DNA of 64,000 bases from a bacterium (lineage in GTDB: Bacteria; Actinomycetota; Coriobacteriia; Coriobacteriales; Coriobacteriaceae), in assembly GCA_963602135.1 (NCBI GenBank), contig CAVCHM010000005.1, positions 1,953 through 65,952 of the forward strand, written 5' to 3'. Shown piece after piece: positions 53,334 to 63,727 of the stretch (the first letter of the stretch is position 1; the number at the start of each line of letters is the position of its first letter). Position numbers and translations under genes: made by a program. The notes under the pieces were generated by a model. That model ran no database searches, had not been told where the DNA came from, and was given only the letters and a program-made list of their open reading frames with translations.

Positions 53334-55079
53334 GTGGCCGACCAGGACGTCAAGATGCTCATCGAGCGCATTATGGCCGAGGCCCGGACCCATCAGTCCG
53401 CCCGCTTCTCAAACGAAATCTATGCTGACGAGCCGATTCTCAAGACCGGTCGTCAGATGCAGAACTTCCTCCCCGACCAGTACCGCAAGATGCGCGAGAT
53501 ATCACGCTGGCAAGAGGATCCCAAAGGCGGCGCGGGACGTTGGCTATCGGAGGCGGAGCTCTTTTACCGCCAAGGCCTGCTGATGGCCGACTTCGAGGAC
53601 GATTGCCCCTACAACGGCACCTTTAAGTCGTACTTTCCCACCTACAATGCCATGAGCGATCGACAGTTGCGCGGCTACTTTACCTGGCGTGCCCAAGTGC
53701 GCCGCGGCAATATCGAGGAGACATCGACCTCGTTTGCTTTTCTTTATCTTTACGAATTGATCTGCGGCATTGGCGTCGACAATCCGCGTGACGGCTATGA
53801 CAAGATTAAGACATTTTGGGATGCCTATCGCGCCTTTGAACCTGGCATCGACCGGTTCGCACGCGTGTGGCTGCAGGACTACGCCGTGTTCCATGAGCTC
53901 GACCCCAAGCTGCTTCGCGACTCTAAAACCGTCGCATTCGACAACGCCCTCATCGAGCTGCGCCGCGCAGCACGAGACCTTGTACCCGCGCCGGCGCCGT
54001 CGGACCTGCCCCCCAAACGTCGCAAGACCTCCGAGCCCACGCTTCCCCTTCCGCCCGATGAGGCGCATGAGGAGCGGCTCATGGCTGCCATCGACGCACT
54101 CTCGACGTACAACCTGAATAACTCACGGCTCGACCGTTCCCACCATCGTGACCTGCGCCACGTGGCATGCGCCGTGTATGTCCGTATGGCGCGCTACTAT
54201 GACACGCACCGAAAGACCGGCATCGTAGCGAGCTTGTTTGGGGAGGAGACGGCCATGCCCTACACCATGTTTGCCTCGGCCGTGTTCTTTGCGCCCGAGC
54301 GCCACGAGGACTGCGAATATCGCCTGGACCCCATTCACATCTACCGCTGCCAAAATGGCTTTTGGGAATGCATGCGTATCCACGGCAGCAGACAAAAAAG
54401 TAGCAAGCTCGGTGAGATGATGCGCGCTTGTGATCAGCGCCTGCGCTTGGCACTGGATCCCGGCCATCCCCTTAAGGAAGAGAAGGTCCCCAAATATCTG
54501 GCTAAAATTATCGATGACGAGATCACAGCATGGCTTTCATGGGATGCCGCTCATCAGCCCGTCAAGATCGATATCGACCTGAGCCAGCTGGGGCACATTC
54601 GGAGCGCCGCCGCGCAAACGCGCGAGGCGCTTTTGATCGACGAGGAGCGCGAGGACGGCACGCTTGCGGATGCCGAGACGGCAGTTGCCGAACGACGGGA
54701 AGCCAAGCCCGTGGCCGACACGATCGCCGAACCAGTCGCGACGACCATGCAGCGGGACGAGGCTGGCGAGCCGACCATCTCCACCGAGCAGTTTGGCGTC
54801 GTAGCCCCGCTCCTCGCACCAGCGCCCACGCCCGCCGACACCGCGTCCGTACTCGATTCCGCCGCAGACGCCTATCTTCGAGCGCTCCTCGAGCAAAACG
54901 CAGCGCAAGCGACAGCGGCAGTGGCGCACTCGGGCCAGAGCGAGGACATGCTCGTCGATACCATCAACGAGGCGCTCTTTGACCTGGTGGGTGACACCGT
55001 AATTGAATTTGGCGCGGCAGGACCGCGCATTATCGAGGACTACGAAGCAGACGTGAGAGGATACTTAGACCATGAGTGA
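53334..55079 (+). CDS. TerB_N/TerB_C domain protein (Shango SngA-like)
   Basis: SYFPTY..MS..Q.RGYFTWR, FAFLYLYE; C-terminal IDLSQL..IR and VDTINE.LFD.VGD. Confidence 0.85.
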   Translation: MADQDVKMLIERIMAEARTHQSARFSNEIYADEPILKTGRQMQNFLPDQYRKMREISRWQEDPKGGAGRWLSEAELFYRQGLLMADFEDDCPYNGTFKSYFPTYNAMSDRQLRGYFTWRAQVRRGNIEETSTSFAFLYLYELICGIGVDNPRDGYDKIKTFWDAYRAFEPGIDRFARVWLQDYAVFHELDPKLLRDSKTVAFDNALIELRRAARDLVPAPAPSDLPPKRRKTSEPTLPLPPDEAHEERLMAAIDALSTYNLNNSRLDRSHHRDLRHVACAVYVRMARYYDTHRKTGIVASLFGEETAMPYTMFASAVFFAPERHEDCEYRLDPIHIYRCQNGFWECMRIHGSRQKSSKLGEMMRACDQRLRLALDPGHPLKEEKVPKYLAKIIDDEITAWLSWDAAHQPVKIDIDLSQLGHIRSAAAQTREALLIDEEREDGTLADAETAVAERREAKPVADTIAEPVATTMQRDEAGEPTISTEQFGVVAPLLAPAPTPADTASVLDSAADAYLRALLEQNAAQATAAVAHSGQSEDMLVDTINEALFDLVGDTVIEFGAAGPRIIEDYEADVRGYLDHE

Positions 55080-56376
55080 TACCGCATCCGCAGCACCCCG
55101 CGTGCCCAAGCGCGTCGCCGCCGTCATTCTCAACTCGCTCAAGGGCGGCGTTGTCCCGCGCATCGGCCTTCCCTATATCACCGTGGGGCGAGAGGTCGAG
55201 ATTCGCGCTCTGCTCACCGACCTGAGCCTCATCGCCGATGGCGGCGCAAGCTTCCGTTTCCTAGTCGGTCGCTACGGCGCCGGCAAGAGCTTTTTGCTCC
55301 AGACGATCCGCACGCACGCCATGGGCGAGGGATTCGTCGTGGCCGATGCCGACCTATCCCCTGAGCGCCGTCTGCAGGGCGGCCAGGGACAGGGCCTTGC
55401 CACCTACCGTGAGCTCATCCGCAACATATCGACCAAGACGCGCCCCGAGGGCGGCGCACTCAACCTTATCCTGGATCGTTGGGTCGCCTCGTGCGCCGAC
55501 GCCGACGAGTCTACCGTCAACGCACAGCTCGCTCCGCTCGAGGAAATGGTTCACGGCTTCGACTTCACTCGCATGCTCCGTCGCTATCGCGCGGCAGTAT
55601 CCGAGGGCGACGAGGAGGCCATGAGCCGCGTAACCAAATGGATTCGCGGCGAGTACCGCACCAAGAGCGAGGCGCGCGCCGAGCTGGGCTCCTCGACCAT
55701 CATCAGCGACGACGACTGGTACGACTACGTCAAGCTCATCGCACGCTTTTTGGTCTGCAGCGGCTACAAGGGCATGCTGGTGCTCATCGACGAACTTGTA
55801 AACCTGTACAAGATTCCCAACGCTATCACGCGCCAGTACAACTACGAGAAGATCCTGACCATGTACAACGACACGCTGCAAGGCAAGGCGCAGTACTTGG
55901 GCATGATTATGGGCGGCACGCCGACCTCTATCGAGGACCGCCGCCGCGGCGTGTTTTCCTACGAGGCCCTGCGTAGCCGACTCGCCCAGGGCCGATTTGC
56001 GCGCGAGGACCTCAAGGACATGCTCGCGCCCATCATTCGTCTGCAGCCGCTCACCTACGAGGAGCTGCTGGTCTTGATTGAAAAGCTCATGCAAATCCAT
56101 GCCGGCTACTTTGGTTGGACGCCCACGCTCACCGAAAACGACTTGGTGGACTTCCTCAAGATTGAGTTTGGCCGCGTGGGAGCCGATACGCACCTGACGC
56201 CCCGCGAGGTCATCCGCGACTTTATCGAGCTACTCGACATCCTGTGTCAAAACCCCGATGCCAACGTGGCCGAGTTGCTGCAAAGCGTCGGCGGCGATTC
56301 GCTGGCACCGGTAGCCGCAACAGACGACGCCGGCACCGCAAGCGACGACCGCAACTTCGCCGAATTCACCATCTAA
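55072..56376 (+). CDS. P-loop ATPase, DUF2791/BrxD-like (Shango SngB-like)
   Basis: SLKGGVVPRIGL, Walker A GRYGAGKS, Walker B LVLIDE, SYEALRSRL; 8-nt overlap with the upstream gene. Confidence 0.88.
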   Translation: MSDTASAAPRVPKRVAAVILNSLKGGVVPRIGLPYITVGREVEIRALLTDLSLIADGGASFRFLVGRYGAGKSFLLQTIRTHAMGEGFVVADADLSPERRLQGGQGQGLATYRELIRNISTKTRPEGGALNLILDRWVASCADADESTVNAQLAPLEEMVHGFDFTRMLRRYRAAVSEGDEEAMSRVTKWIRGEYRTKSEARAELGSSTIISDDDWYDYVKLIARFLVCSGYKGMLVLIDELVNLYKIPNAITRQYNYEKILTMYNDTLQGKAQYLGMIMGGTPTSIEDRRRGVFSYEALRSRLAQGRFAREDLKDMLAPIIRLQPLTYEELLVLIEKLMQIHAGYFGWTPTLTENDLVDFLKIEFGRVGADTHLTPREVIRDFIELLDILCQNPDANVAELLQSVGGDSLAPVAATDDAGTASDDRNFAEFTI

Positions 56377-56411
56377 CCTACCAAAATGGGACAGGTTTAT
56401 TTTGGTAGGTT
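56375..56411. repeat. REP-like hairpin with GGGACAG loop
   Basis: AACCTACCAAAAT-gggacaggttt-ATTTTGGTAGGTT, perfect 13-bp stem. Confidence 0.75.
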
Positions 56412-56492
56412 TTATCTGGGTAAACGCCGATGTTGCAATTCGACGACCTGCTGCCCGCTGCGTTTGATACCCCGTTATTGAAAGGAGGCCCC

Positions 56493-58937
56493 ATGAACGC
56501 TTTTGACCGCTACGCCCCGTTTATCCAGGATTTCATCTACTCCCACGATTGGGAGAGCCTGCGCTCTATTCAGGTTGCGGCAGCAGATGCCATCTTCAAC
56601 ACGCAAGACAATGTACTCCTGACGGCATCCACGGCATCCGGCAAAACCGAGGCGGCCTTCTTTCCCATCCTGACCGAGTTTTGGGAGAACCCGCCCGCGA
56701 GCGTGGGCGCCCTCTACATTGGCCCTCTCAAAGCGCTCATCAACGATCAGTTTGTACGCCTCAACGATCTGTGCGAAGAGGCCGATATCCCTGTCTGGCA
56801 CTGGCACGGCGATGTCTCACAGTCGCATAAGGCCAAACTCATCAAAAAGCCGAGCGGCATCTTGCAGATTACGCCCGAATCACTCGAGGCGCTCCTGATC
56901 CATAAGCACATGGCAATCCCGCGCATGTTTTGCGACCTGCGCTATGTGGTCATTGACGAGGTCCACTCGCTCATGCGCGGTGACCGTGGCGGTCAGACGC
57001 TCTGCCTTATCGAGCGCCTTTCGCACATGGCGGGCGTGCAGCCCCGGCGCATCGGCCTTTCGGCCACCATTGGAGACCCCGAGCGCACGGGCGCTTTTCT
57101 CTCACAGGGAACGGGGCGCGACTGCGTCATCCCCCGCTTTGAGGAACCGCGCCGCGTGTGGCGCATCTCCATGGAGCACTTCTACAACTCGGGCCCCCAG
57201 GCACAGCAGCGAGGATTTATGAGCACGGGCCCGCAGGAAGCCGAGGTGCTCGCATGCGAGCGCATTGAGTCGGCACCACCCGCGGCACTGCCCGCCAGCG
57301 GCCAAGATATGCGCCATAGTGGACAACTCACACAGGAGGAGCGCCGTCAACGTCGCGAGCAGGCGCGGGGCAAGGCAGCTCCCAAGGACCGTCGCACTTC
57401 CTCAGCCCCCGAGGGCGAAGTCGACATCCCACGAGCGACCGAGCAGGCGCTTCTCAACCCCACCGACACCGCACCCGACAACGCCGACCCCGGCATGGGC
57501 TACATCTTTGAACATACCCGCGGCCGCAAGTGCCTGGTCTTTGCCAACTCGCGCGAGGAGGCAGAGGCCGTGTGCTCCATGTTGCGCAGCTACTGTGAAA
57601 GCCGGCACGAGCCAGACCGCTTCCTTATCCATCATGGCAACCTCTCGGCATCGCTGCGCGAGACGGCCGAGGAGCTCATGCGCGACGAGGAGCAGGCACA
57701 GACGACCGTCACCACCTCCACGCTGGAGCTTGGCATTGATATCGGTCGCCTGGAGCGCGCGTTCCAGATTGACGCGCCGTTTACCGTCAGCTCCTTTTTG
57801 CAGCGCATGGGGCGCACAGGCCGCCGCGATCTTCCGCCCGAGATGTGGTTTGTCATGCGCGAGGAGGAGCCCGAGCCCCGCACGATGATGCCCGAAACGA
57901 TACCCTGGAAGCTTCTACAGGGCATCGCACTCGTACAACTCTATCGCGAAGAAAAGTGGGTCGAGCCACCCGAGCTCGATCGACTCCCCTACAGTCTGCT
58001 CTATCACCAGACCATGTCGACGCTCGCCAGCACCGGAGAGCTCACGCCGGCCGAACTTGCCCAACGCGTGCTCACGCTTAGTTATTTCCACCGCGTCTCG
58101 GCCGATGACTATCGCGTACTGCTGCGCCACCTCATCAAGATCGACCACATCCAGGTCACCGAGGGCGATGGGCTCATCGTGGGTCTCGCGGGCGAGCGCA
58201 TCATTAACAACTTTAAGTTCTACGCTGTGTTCCAGGAAAACGAGGAGTTCACCGTTCGCAGCGAGTCGGCCGAGTTGGGCACGATCGTCAATCCGCCACC
58301 GCCCGGTGAGCGCATCGCCATTGCTGGACATTGCTGGATTGTCGAAGAAGTGGACTGGAAGCGCCATACCGTCTTTGCCACGCAGGTCAAAGGCCGGGTG
58401 CCGGCCTACTTTGGCGACTGCCCCGGCGACATTAACACGCATGTGCTCGAGCGCATGCGCAAGGCGCTCAACGAGCACGCGGCATATCCGTACCTTATGG
58501 GTAACGCACAGGCTCGCTTGGCGCAGGCTCGTCATACCGCCGAGATTTCGGGCGCGGGAACTAAGCCGCTCATCAACCTGGGTGGCGACACTTGGGTGCT
58601 CTTCCCCTGGTTGGGCAGCTACGCCTTTTTGGCACTCGAGCGCATGCTCAAGATTAAATGCGCCGCGGAGCTTGGCCTTCGCGGGCTCGATCCGTCGCGT
58701 CCATACTTTATGCAGTTTAAGATGAAGGCCGACGAGAAGACGTTCTTTGAGGTGCTCGCAGCCGAGGCCGAAAAGGACTTCGACCCCATCGAGCTCGTCT
58801 ATCCCGGCGAGGTGCCTTATTTTGATCGCTACGACGAGTACGTTCCCGAGGAGCTTGTGCGCAAAGGCTTCGCCGAAGGCGTGCTCGACATCGAGGGCAT
58901 GAAGCAGCGTGTCCGCAGCTGGCGCGACCACGCCTGA
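56493..58937 (+). CDS. Lhr-like DEAD/DEAH-box helicase (Shango SngC-like)
   Basis: TASGKT, PLKALINDQ, TPESLE, DEVH, SAT, HHG.LS, TLELGIDIG, QRMGRTGRR; RBS AGGAGG. Confidence 0.92.
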   Translation: MNAFDRYAPFIQDFIYSHDWESLRSIQVAAADAIFNTQDNVLLTASTASGKTEAAFFPILTEFWENPPASVGALYIGPLKALINDQFVRLNDLCEEADIPVWHWHGDVSQSHKAKLIKKPSGILQITPESLEALLIHKHMAIPRMFCDLRYVVIDEVHSLMRGDRGGQTLCLIERLSHMAGVQPRRIGLSATIGDPERTGAFLSQGTGRDCVIPRFEEPRRVWRISMEHFYNSGPQAQQRGFMSTGPQEAEVLACERIESAPPAALPASGQDMRHSGQLTQEERRQRREQARGKAAPKDRRTSSAPEGEVDIPRATEQALLNPTDTAPDNADPGMGYIFEHTRGRKCLVFANSREEAEAVCSMLRSYCESRHEPDRFLIHHGNLSASLRETAEELMRDEEQAQTTVTTSTLELGIDIGRLERAFQIDAPFTVSSFLQRMGRTGRRDLPPEMWFVMREEEPEPRTMMPETIPWKLLQGIALVQLYREEKWVEPPELDRLPYSLLYHQTMSTLASTGELTPAELAQRVLTLSYFHRVSADDYRVLLRHLIKIDHIQVTEGDGLIVGLAGERIINNFKFYAVFQENEEFTVRSESAELGTIVNPPPPGERIAIAGHCWIVEEVDWKRHTVFATQVKGRVPAYFGDCPGDINTHVLERMRKALNEHAAYPYLMGNAQARLAQARHTAEISGAGTKPLINLGGDTWVLFPWLGSYAFLALERMLKIKCAAELGLRGLDPSRPYFMQFKMKADEKTFFEVLAAEAEKDFDPIELVYPGEVPYFDRYDEYVPEELVRKGFAEGVLDIEGMKQRVRSWRDHA

Positions 58938-58963
58938 GACCAGTCTTTTTAGGACGGGGAGAC

Positions 58964-59842
58964 TTACTTGTCGTGAAGGACGGTGCCGAGGAAGTCAGCG
59001 TCGAAGGGCACGGCTTCGGCAAAGGCGTAGTCGCCGTCGCTGGCGATGAGCAGGTAGTTCTCCTCGCCGCCGAACTCCGCATCACCGCATGGGACCACCC
59101 AAGCGTGGGCGAATACCTCGAGTGCCGTGGCAGCGCAGTCGCGCAGGAATGTCACGTCGCTCCCCTCGTTTGCGCTCACGATATTGGCAACGTAGATACC
59201 CCCGGGGTTCAGGCTGCCTCGCACCAAACGCAACGCCTCAACCGTCGCCAGCTCGCGCACGGGCTCGGCACCGCCAAAGCAATCGCTCACGACCACGTCG
59301 TAGCGACGATGGCCCACGCTCGTCACACCCAGGTACGAACGCGCCTCAGCGGTAATCACCCGCAAGCGGTCGCCCACCGCGCGCTCCAGCTCGTCCAGGT
59401 AGAACCAGCGGCGCGCCAGGCGCGTAATCTCTCCGTCATACTCGATAACGTCCATGCGCAAGCCCTCGTGCGACATCAGCGCGAACTTGGGATAGGCAAA
59501 CCCACCCCCGCCCAGCATGAGCATACGGTCGATACCATGCCCGTAAGCATCACGCATTGCGCCCTCAGTCTCAAACACATCGTCAAATGCACGATAGTAC
59601 GCAAAGACCGGCTCTGCCCAACGCTCGCCAACGTAACTCGCACTTTGGTAGACCCCGCCTTGCACCAAGACGCGAATCTCATCGTCGCTCTCATTGTGCA
59701 CGCGTTTCACACGCGCCAACCCATTGCGGGTTCGCGCAACCTGCAGACAGGCAGCACGAACAGCGACAGCAGCCGCACCAAGCGCCGCGGCTCCCAGAGC
59801 AACGCCGGCAACGACGCCGGCAGAAACACTCGGCTTGTTCAT
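58964..59842 (-). CDS. Spermidine-synthase-like SAM-dependent transferase
   Basis: LMLGGGGF..PK, VIEYD, DVVVSDCF, LNPGGIYV.N. Confidence 0.8.
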   Translation of the reverse strand: MNKPSVSAGVVAGVALGAAALGAAAVAVRAACLQVARTRNGLARVKRVHNESDDEIRVLVQGGVYQSASYVGERWAEPVFAYYRAFDDVFETEGAMRDAYGHGIDRMLMLGGGGFAYPKFALMSHEGLRMDVIEYDGEITRLARRWFYLDELERAVGDRLRVITAEARSYLGVTSVGHRRYDVVVSDCFGGAEPVRELATVEALRLVRGSLNPGGIYVANIVSANEGSDVTFLRDCAATALEVFAHAWVVPCGDAEFGGEENYLLIASDGDYAFAEAVPFDADFLGTVLHDK

Positions 59843-61750
59843 CTAGAGCTCCTTTTGCAGATAAAGGCCATGGTCATAAAATCCAAGATGGCGATAGTAC
59901 TCGCGTGTGCCAATCGCGCTAATCACGTTGATACGCGCATAACCCGCATCCCGGGCAATCTCACACGCACGCTCCACGAGCAGACGCCCCAGACCGTGAT
60001 GCTGAGCCGCCTGACCTTGATCCCCCACGCGTGCCGCCATGCCATACACGTGCACCTCGCGAATCATCGCCTCGTCCAGCGTCGTCGGCAACTCGTCCGC
60101 ATGCGCGGCAACAAACGAACGGTCGGGCAGCGACAGGCGCAAAAAGCCGGCGATCTTGCCTTCGGGCGTCACCCACTGCAAAAAGCGTTCACGCGTCACC
60201 GGCGTCTCGTACGCCACTTCCTCATCAAGAGATAGCTCATCCAAGTCGGCGCCCGCCGTGCTAATCTCGCGATAGCGAATCTCACGCACTGTCTCACCGT
60301 CACCCCGAGCAGCCAGGCGGTTCTCGACGAGCTGACGCAGGTTGGGCTTCTTGTTGCCCACCATAATGTCGTCGGAGCTAAAGTCGCGAATCATGCGACT
60401 GATGCGGCAGAACGCCGGCGTCACCACGATGTCATCTGCCAGCACGTCGAGCAGCTCTTCCTCGGTATAGGGGCACCACTCGCCACGCTCATAACAGCCC
60501 ACCAGGCGCGAGCCCTCGATGAGCGCGCACGGGTAGACCTTGACCTCGTCGGGCATAAAGGCGCCCTCGGTCACAAAGTGCTCGTAGTCGCGCTTGTCCC
60601 CCTCGGGCGTAGCGCCAAGCAAGTTGAGCATAAAATGCGCGTGGATCTTAAAGCCAAACAGGCGCGCAAACGAAAACGCCCGCTCGACCTGAGCCACCGA
60701 AATGCGGCGCTCGTTGATATCGAGCAGGTGCTGGTCGAGGCTCTGGATGCCCATCTGGATCTTGGTGCAGCCCAGACGACGAATGAGCGTGAGCGCCTGT
60801 GGCGTCACGGCATCGGGGCGCGTCTCGATAACGAGTCCCACCACGCGATGCTTCGCCGTCTCGTTGATGCGCTGCTGGCGCTCGAGCTCCTCCATCGTTG
60901 CTGTCTGCCACTCGGCGACCTCGCCCCACGGCGTGCCCTGGCCGTACAGACGACGCACCGCGCGGTTATAGCCGCCCACGGCAGCATCCACACGCCCCTG
61001 CTCGTCGGCAACGCCGGCAGCGAGCTCGGCCTCGTCTGTCGCAATGCCGGCGGCCCGATAGCGCTCGCGACGCTCCGCTACCACCGGCGGCAGCGCATCG
61101 GCGGGAGCGTCATCGAGCAGGCGCCCTGCCTCGGCACGGCTGATGCCCGGACGCGCCAACATGGGGTTGGCCGCCACGCCGGCGACGGCATCGTCATTGA
61201 GCGCACGGAAGAGCTCCGACATAAACCATGTCTGATAGCCTTCCGGATAGTCGCTCCAGGTACCGCCAAGCACAATGAGCTCGATCTTATCGGTCGCATG
61301 TCCCATCTGCGAAAGCGCCGTCAAACGGGCGCTCACCTGCAGATACGGATCGAAGCAGCTTTGCTCCGCACGGGCGCACGCTGGCTCAGCATGTAAATAG
61401 CTTTTGGGCATGCGCAGGTCGTTGGGGCAAAACAGGCAATCGCCCGAGCACGGCCAGGGCTTGGTGATGACGGTAATGGTCGCCACGCCCGAAGCCGTGC
61501 GACGAGGCTTCATACGCAGGACCTGCAGCAGTTGACGCTCCAATTCGACATCAACATTCCACCCAGCCCAGCGAGCCGGCTCCTCACGTTTAACCCGCTG
61601 GTAGAACGGCAGCAGACGGCGCTTGGCCAAATCGCGTTTGTCGGCACCCTCACGGCGCGCCTCGGCATGTATCAGTTTGACGAGCGCTTTGTCGTCCACG
61701 GTCTCGCCGCGACGCAGAGCCTCGAGTATGTTCAAGATAATCTGTTCCAT
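59843..61750 (-). CDS. elp3: Elp3-like radical SAM/KAT protein (tRNA U34 carboxymethyltransferase)
   Basis: RTASGVA.I.V.TKPWPC...CLFCP, PKSY, KIELIVLGGT, ETRPD, IREVHVYG, QHHGLG, VISAIGTREYYR. Confidence 0.92.
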   Translation of the reverse strand: MEQIILNILEALRRGETVDDKALVKLIHAEARREGADKRDLAKRRLLPFYQRVKREEPARWAGWNVDVELERQLLQVLRMKPRRTASGVATITVITKPWPCSGDCLFCPNDLRMPKSYLHAEPACARAEQSCFDPYLQVSARLTALSQMGHATDKIELIVLGGTWSDYPEGYQTWFMSELFRALNDDAVAGVAANPMLARPGISRAEAGRLLDDAPADALPPVVAERRERYRAAGIATDEAELAAGVADEQGRVDAAVGGYNRAVRRLYGQGTPWGEVAEWQTATMEELERQQRINETAKHRVVGLVIETRPDAVTPQALTLIRRLGCTKIQMGIQSLDQHLLDINERRISVAQVERAFSFARLFGFKIHAHFMLNLLGATPEGDKRDYEHFVTEGAFMPDEVKVYPCALIEGSRLVGCYERGEWCPYTEEELLDVLADDIVVTPAFCRISRMIRDFSSDDIMVGNKKPNLRQLVENRLAARGDGETVREIRYREISTAGADLDELSLDEEVAYETPVTRERFLQWVTPEGKIAGFLRLSLPDRSFVAAHADELPTTLDEAMIREVHVYGMAARVGDQGQAAQHHGLGRLLVERACEIARDAGYARINVISAIGTREYYRHLGFYDHGLYLQKEL

Positions 61751-61847
61751 GTCCCCATTGTAAAGGCAAAGGCGCCGAAGCCCGTCACGGCTCCGGCGCC
61801 TCCATCAAAGAGCATGCCTATATGTACCGATCTCCGAAAACCGCATG

Positions 61848-62747
61848 TCACTCCGGATCAAACGACATGTCGCCCGAACCGACCTCAAAACGATACGTAG
61901 CAGACTTATCGCCGTTATCGAATTCAAGATTCAAAATGGTCTCGCCGTCGTAGCCAAGCGGAAGGAAATCGCTCTCGAAGTCGCCGCTTCCCAAGGTGAG
62001 GCTCGCCTTAAAGCCCGTCGAGTTCGGAACCGTCATCTCCACATCGCCCGAGCCCACGCTCACGTCCATCGACTTCGTGGGGGCCTGGTAGAGCTCGAAC
62101 GTCACATCGCCCGAACCGACCTCAGCGCTAAGCGCATCAGTCACGCTGCCCGTAAACTCTACATCTCCCGCACCCAGGAAAAGATCGAAACCATCACAGA
62201 TGACACCGGCAATCTGCAGATCACCCGAGCCCACGTGCGCGTTGACTCCCTTCAGATGTTCGGCAACACGGCGCGGCAGCTCGACCGTAACTGAGCGATC
62301 GATTGCCTTACCGTCATCACTTCCAAACTGGGAAACCTTGAGCGTCGAGTCCTCGACGGATGCGATGTTTTGCGTCGCGGCCTTGGAGGCATCCATACCC
62401 TCGGCAACGCGCCCCCGCTCGATAACGCGAGCCTTGTTGCCATCAACAACCTTGACGTCCACCGAAGCCGCATTGATATCGAAATCGAGGTAGCGGAACT
62501 CATCGGCATCAAAAGTCGTGCTCGAAAGCTGCTGAGGCCGAGCGGAATAGTTACCGCTATTCAAGGAATCGTCCTCGTCAAACATATCGTCAAAATCAGA
62601 CAAATGGCCAGATAGAATACCGGTCGTACGCACCATATCAGAATGAGCCAATAGCCGCGAAGTGCCAAAGACAAGCCCGATGATAAGCACGAACGCTCCG
62701 ATGCCAACGCCCAAGCGTACCTTGGATTCATGCGAAAGCTTCATCAT
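61848..62747 (-). CDS. DUF4097 family beta-strand repeat membrane protein
   Basis: N-terminal TM; repeated (V/L)GSGD(V/L/F/M) motifs. Confidence 0.8.
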   Translation of the reverse strand: MMKLSHESKVRLGVGIGAFVLIIGLVFGTSRLLAHSDMVRTTGILSGHLSDFDDMFDEDDSLNSGNYSARPQQLSSTTFDADEFRYLDFDINAASVDVKVVDGNKARVIERGRVAEGMDASKAATQNIASVEDSTLKVSQFGSDDGKAIDRSVTVELPRRVAEHLKGVNAHVGSGDLQIAGVICDGFDLFLGAGDVEFTGSVTDALSAEVGSGDVTFELYQAPTKSMDVSVGSGDVEMTVPNSTGFKASLTLGSGDFESDFLPLGYDGETILNLEFDNGDKSATYRFEVGSGDMSFDPE

Positions 62748-63460
62748 TCACCACCCTCTTTGGCAATCGGCTCAGCGGTGGTCGCGGTAGCCACGTCAGC
62801 ATCAACCGAAGCGGAAACATTCTGAGCCCTAGTTGTCACCGACGCCAGGCCAACCTGAATATCCCCGCGCGCCCAATCGCCATCGAGCGCACGCGCCACC
62901 CAGTGATAGATGGGAATCGTAAAGAAGATCAGCGCGGCAAAGGGACCGGCACCAAACAGGAACATCAGCAAAAAGAACAGCAGCCAGCACACGGCCCAAT
63001 ACGGGAACGACTGGAACGGGCCCTTCACCGGAGTCGAGCCAACCGCGGTGCCACTCGTCGCCTGCGCCGTAGCGGCATTGGCGGCCTGCGCACTCCAGCT
63101 TGCCGCCTGCGCCGCCTTGGCCGCGGCATCACTTGCCTGCGTAGCTGCCTCCGTGGCGCGTGCCGCCGCCTCATGGGTGCGGGCGCGCTCTGCCGCCTCG
63201 GCCTCGCGCTGACGGGCGCGGTCCTCGTTCTCAAACTCGATATCGTCCTCGATCTCGTCGCTCGGATTGAGCAGCTCGTCCAGGCTCACGCCATAGAGAT
63301 TGGCGAGCGAGATTAGGTTCTCGGTATCGGGCGAGCTCTCCGCGCGTTCCCATTTACTGACCGCCTGGCGCGACAGCCCTAACTTTCGCGCCAGCCCTTC
63401 TTGGCTAAAACCCTTGCTGCGACGAAGGTCGGCGAGCCGCTGCGCAGTTTCTACATTCAT
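62744..63460 (-). CDS. XRE-family HTH regulator with C-terminal TM segments
   Basis: LRRSKGFSQE.LA.KLGLSRQAVSKWE...S.PD; RBS GGAGG. Confidence 0.9.
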   Translation of the reverse strand: MNVETAQRLADLRRSKGFSQEGLARKLGLSRQAVSKWERAESSPDTENLISLANLYGVSLDELLNPSDEIEDDIEFENEDRARQREAEAAERARTHEAAARATEAATQASDAAAKAAQAASWSAQAANAATAQATSGTAVGSTPVKGPFQSFPYWAVCWLLFFLLMFLFGAGPFAALIFFTIPIYHWVARALDGDWARGDIQVGLASVTTRAQNVSASVDADVATATTAEPIAKEGGE

Positions 63461-63582
63461 GGTTCCTCCTATGTGATGCCAGCCGTGCCGCCGGACCGTT
63501 TTTGTTCTTAAGGCGCCTTGCACAGTTAAAAATCTATCCGCCACCGCCAAAAGCATGCCACCTATTCTAGTGAGATTTTTGA

Positions 63583-63595
63583 CAACCGGCGGTTG
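63583..63595. promoter_or_regulatory. Possible XRE operator palindrome
   Basis: CAACC-ggc-GGTTG upstream of the XRE gene. Confidence 0.35.
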
Positions 63596-63727
63596 CGGGT
63601 GCATATGAGCTGCGGAAATGTGTCCAAACAAAGCAATGACCCGTAGCTTGGTTGTCCCCGTTGCAGCGTTAACGGTAGTATGGTCGTACTGTTTATTCCG
63701 CACCGCCAACGGAGGGAGTTCCGCGCC

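Noticed and set aside
55072..56376. BREX system
   Set aside because: The ATPase is BrxD-like, but there is no pglZ, pglX or brxC; the context fits the TerB-ATPase-helicase triad
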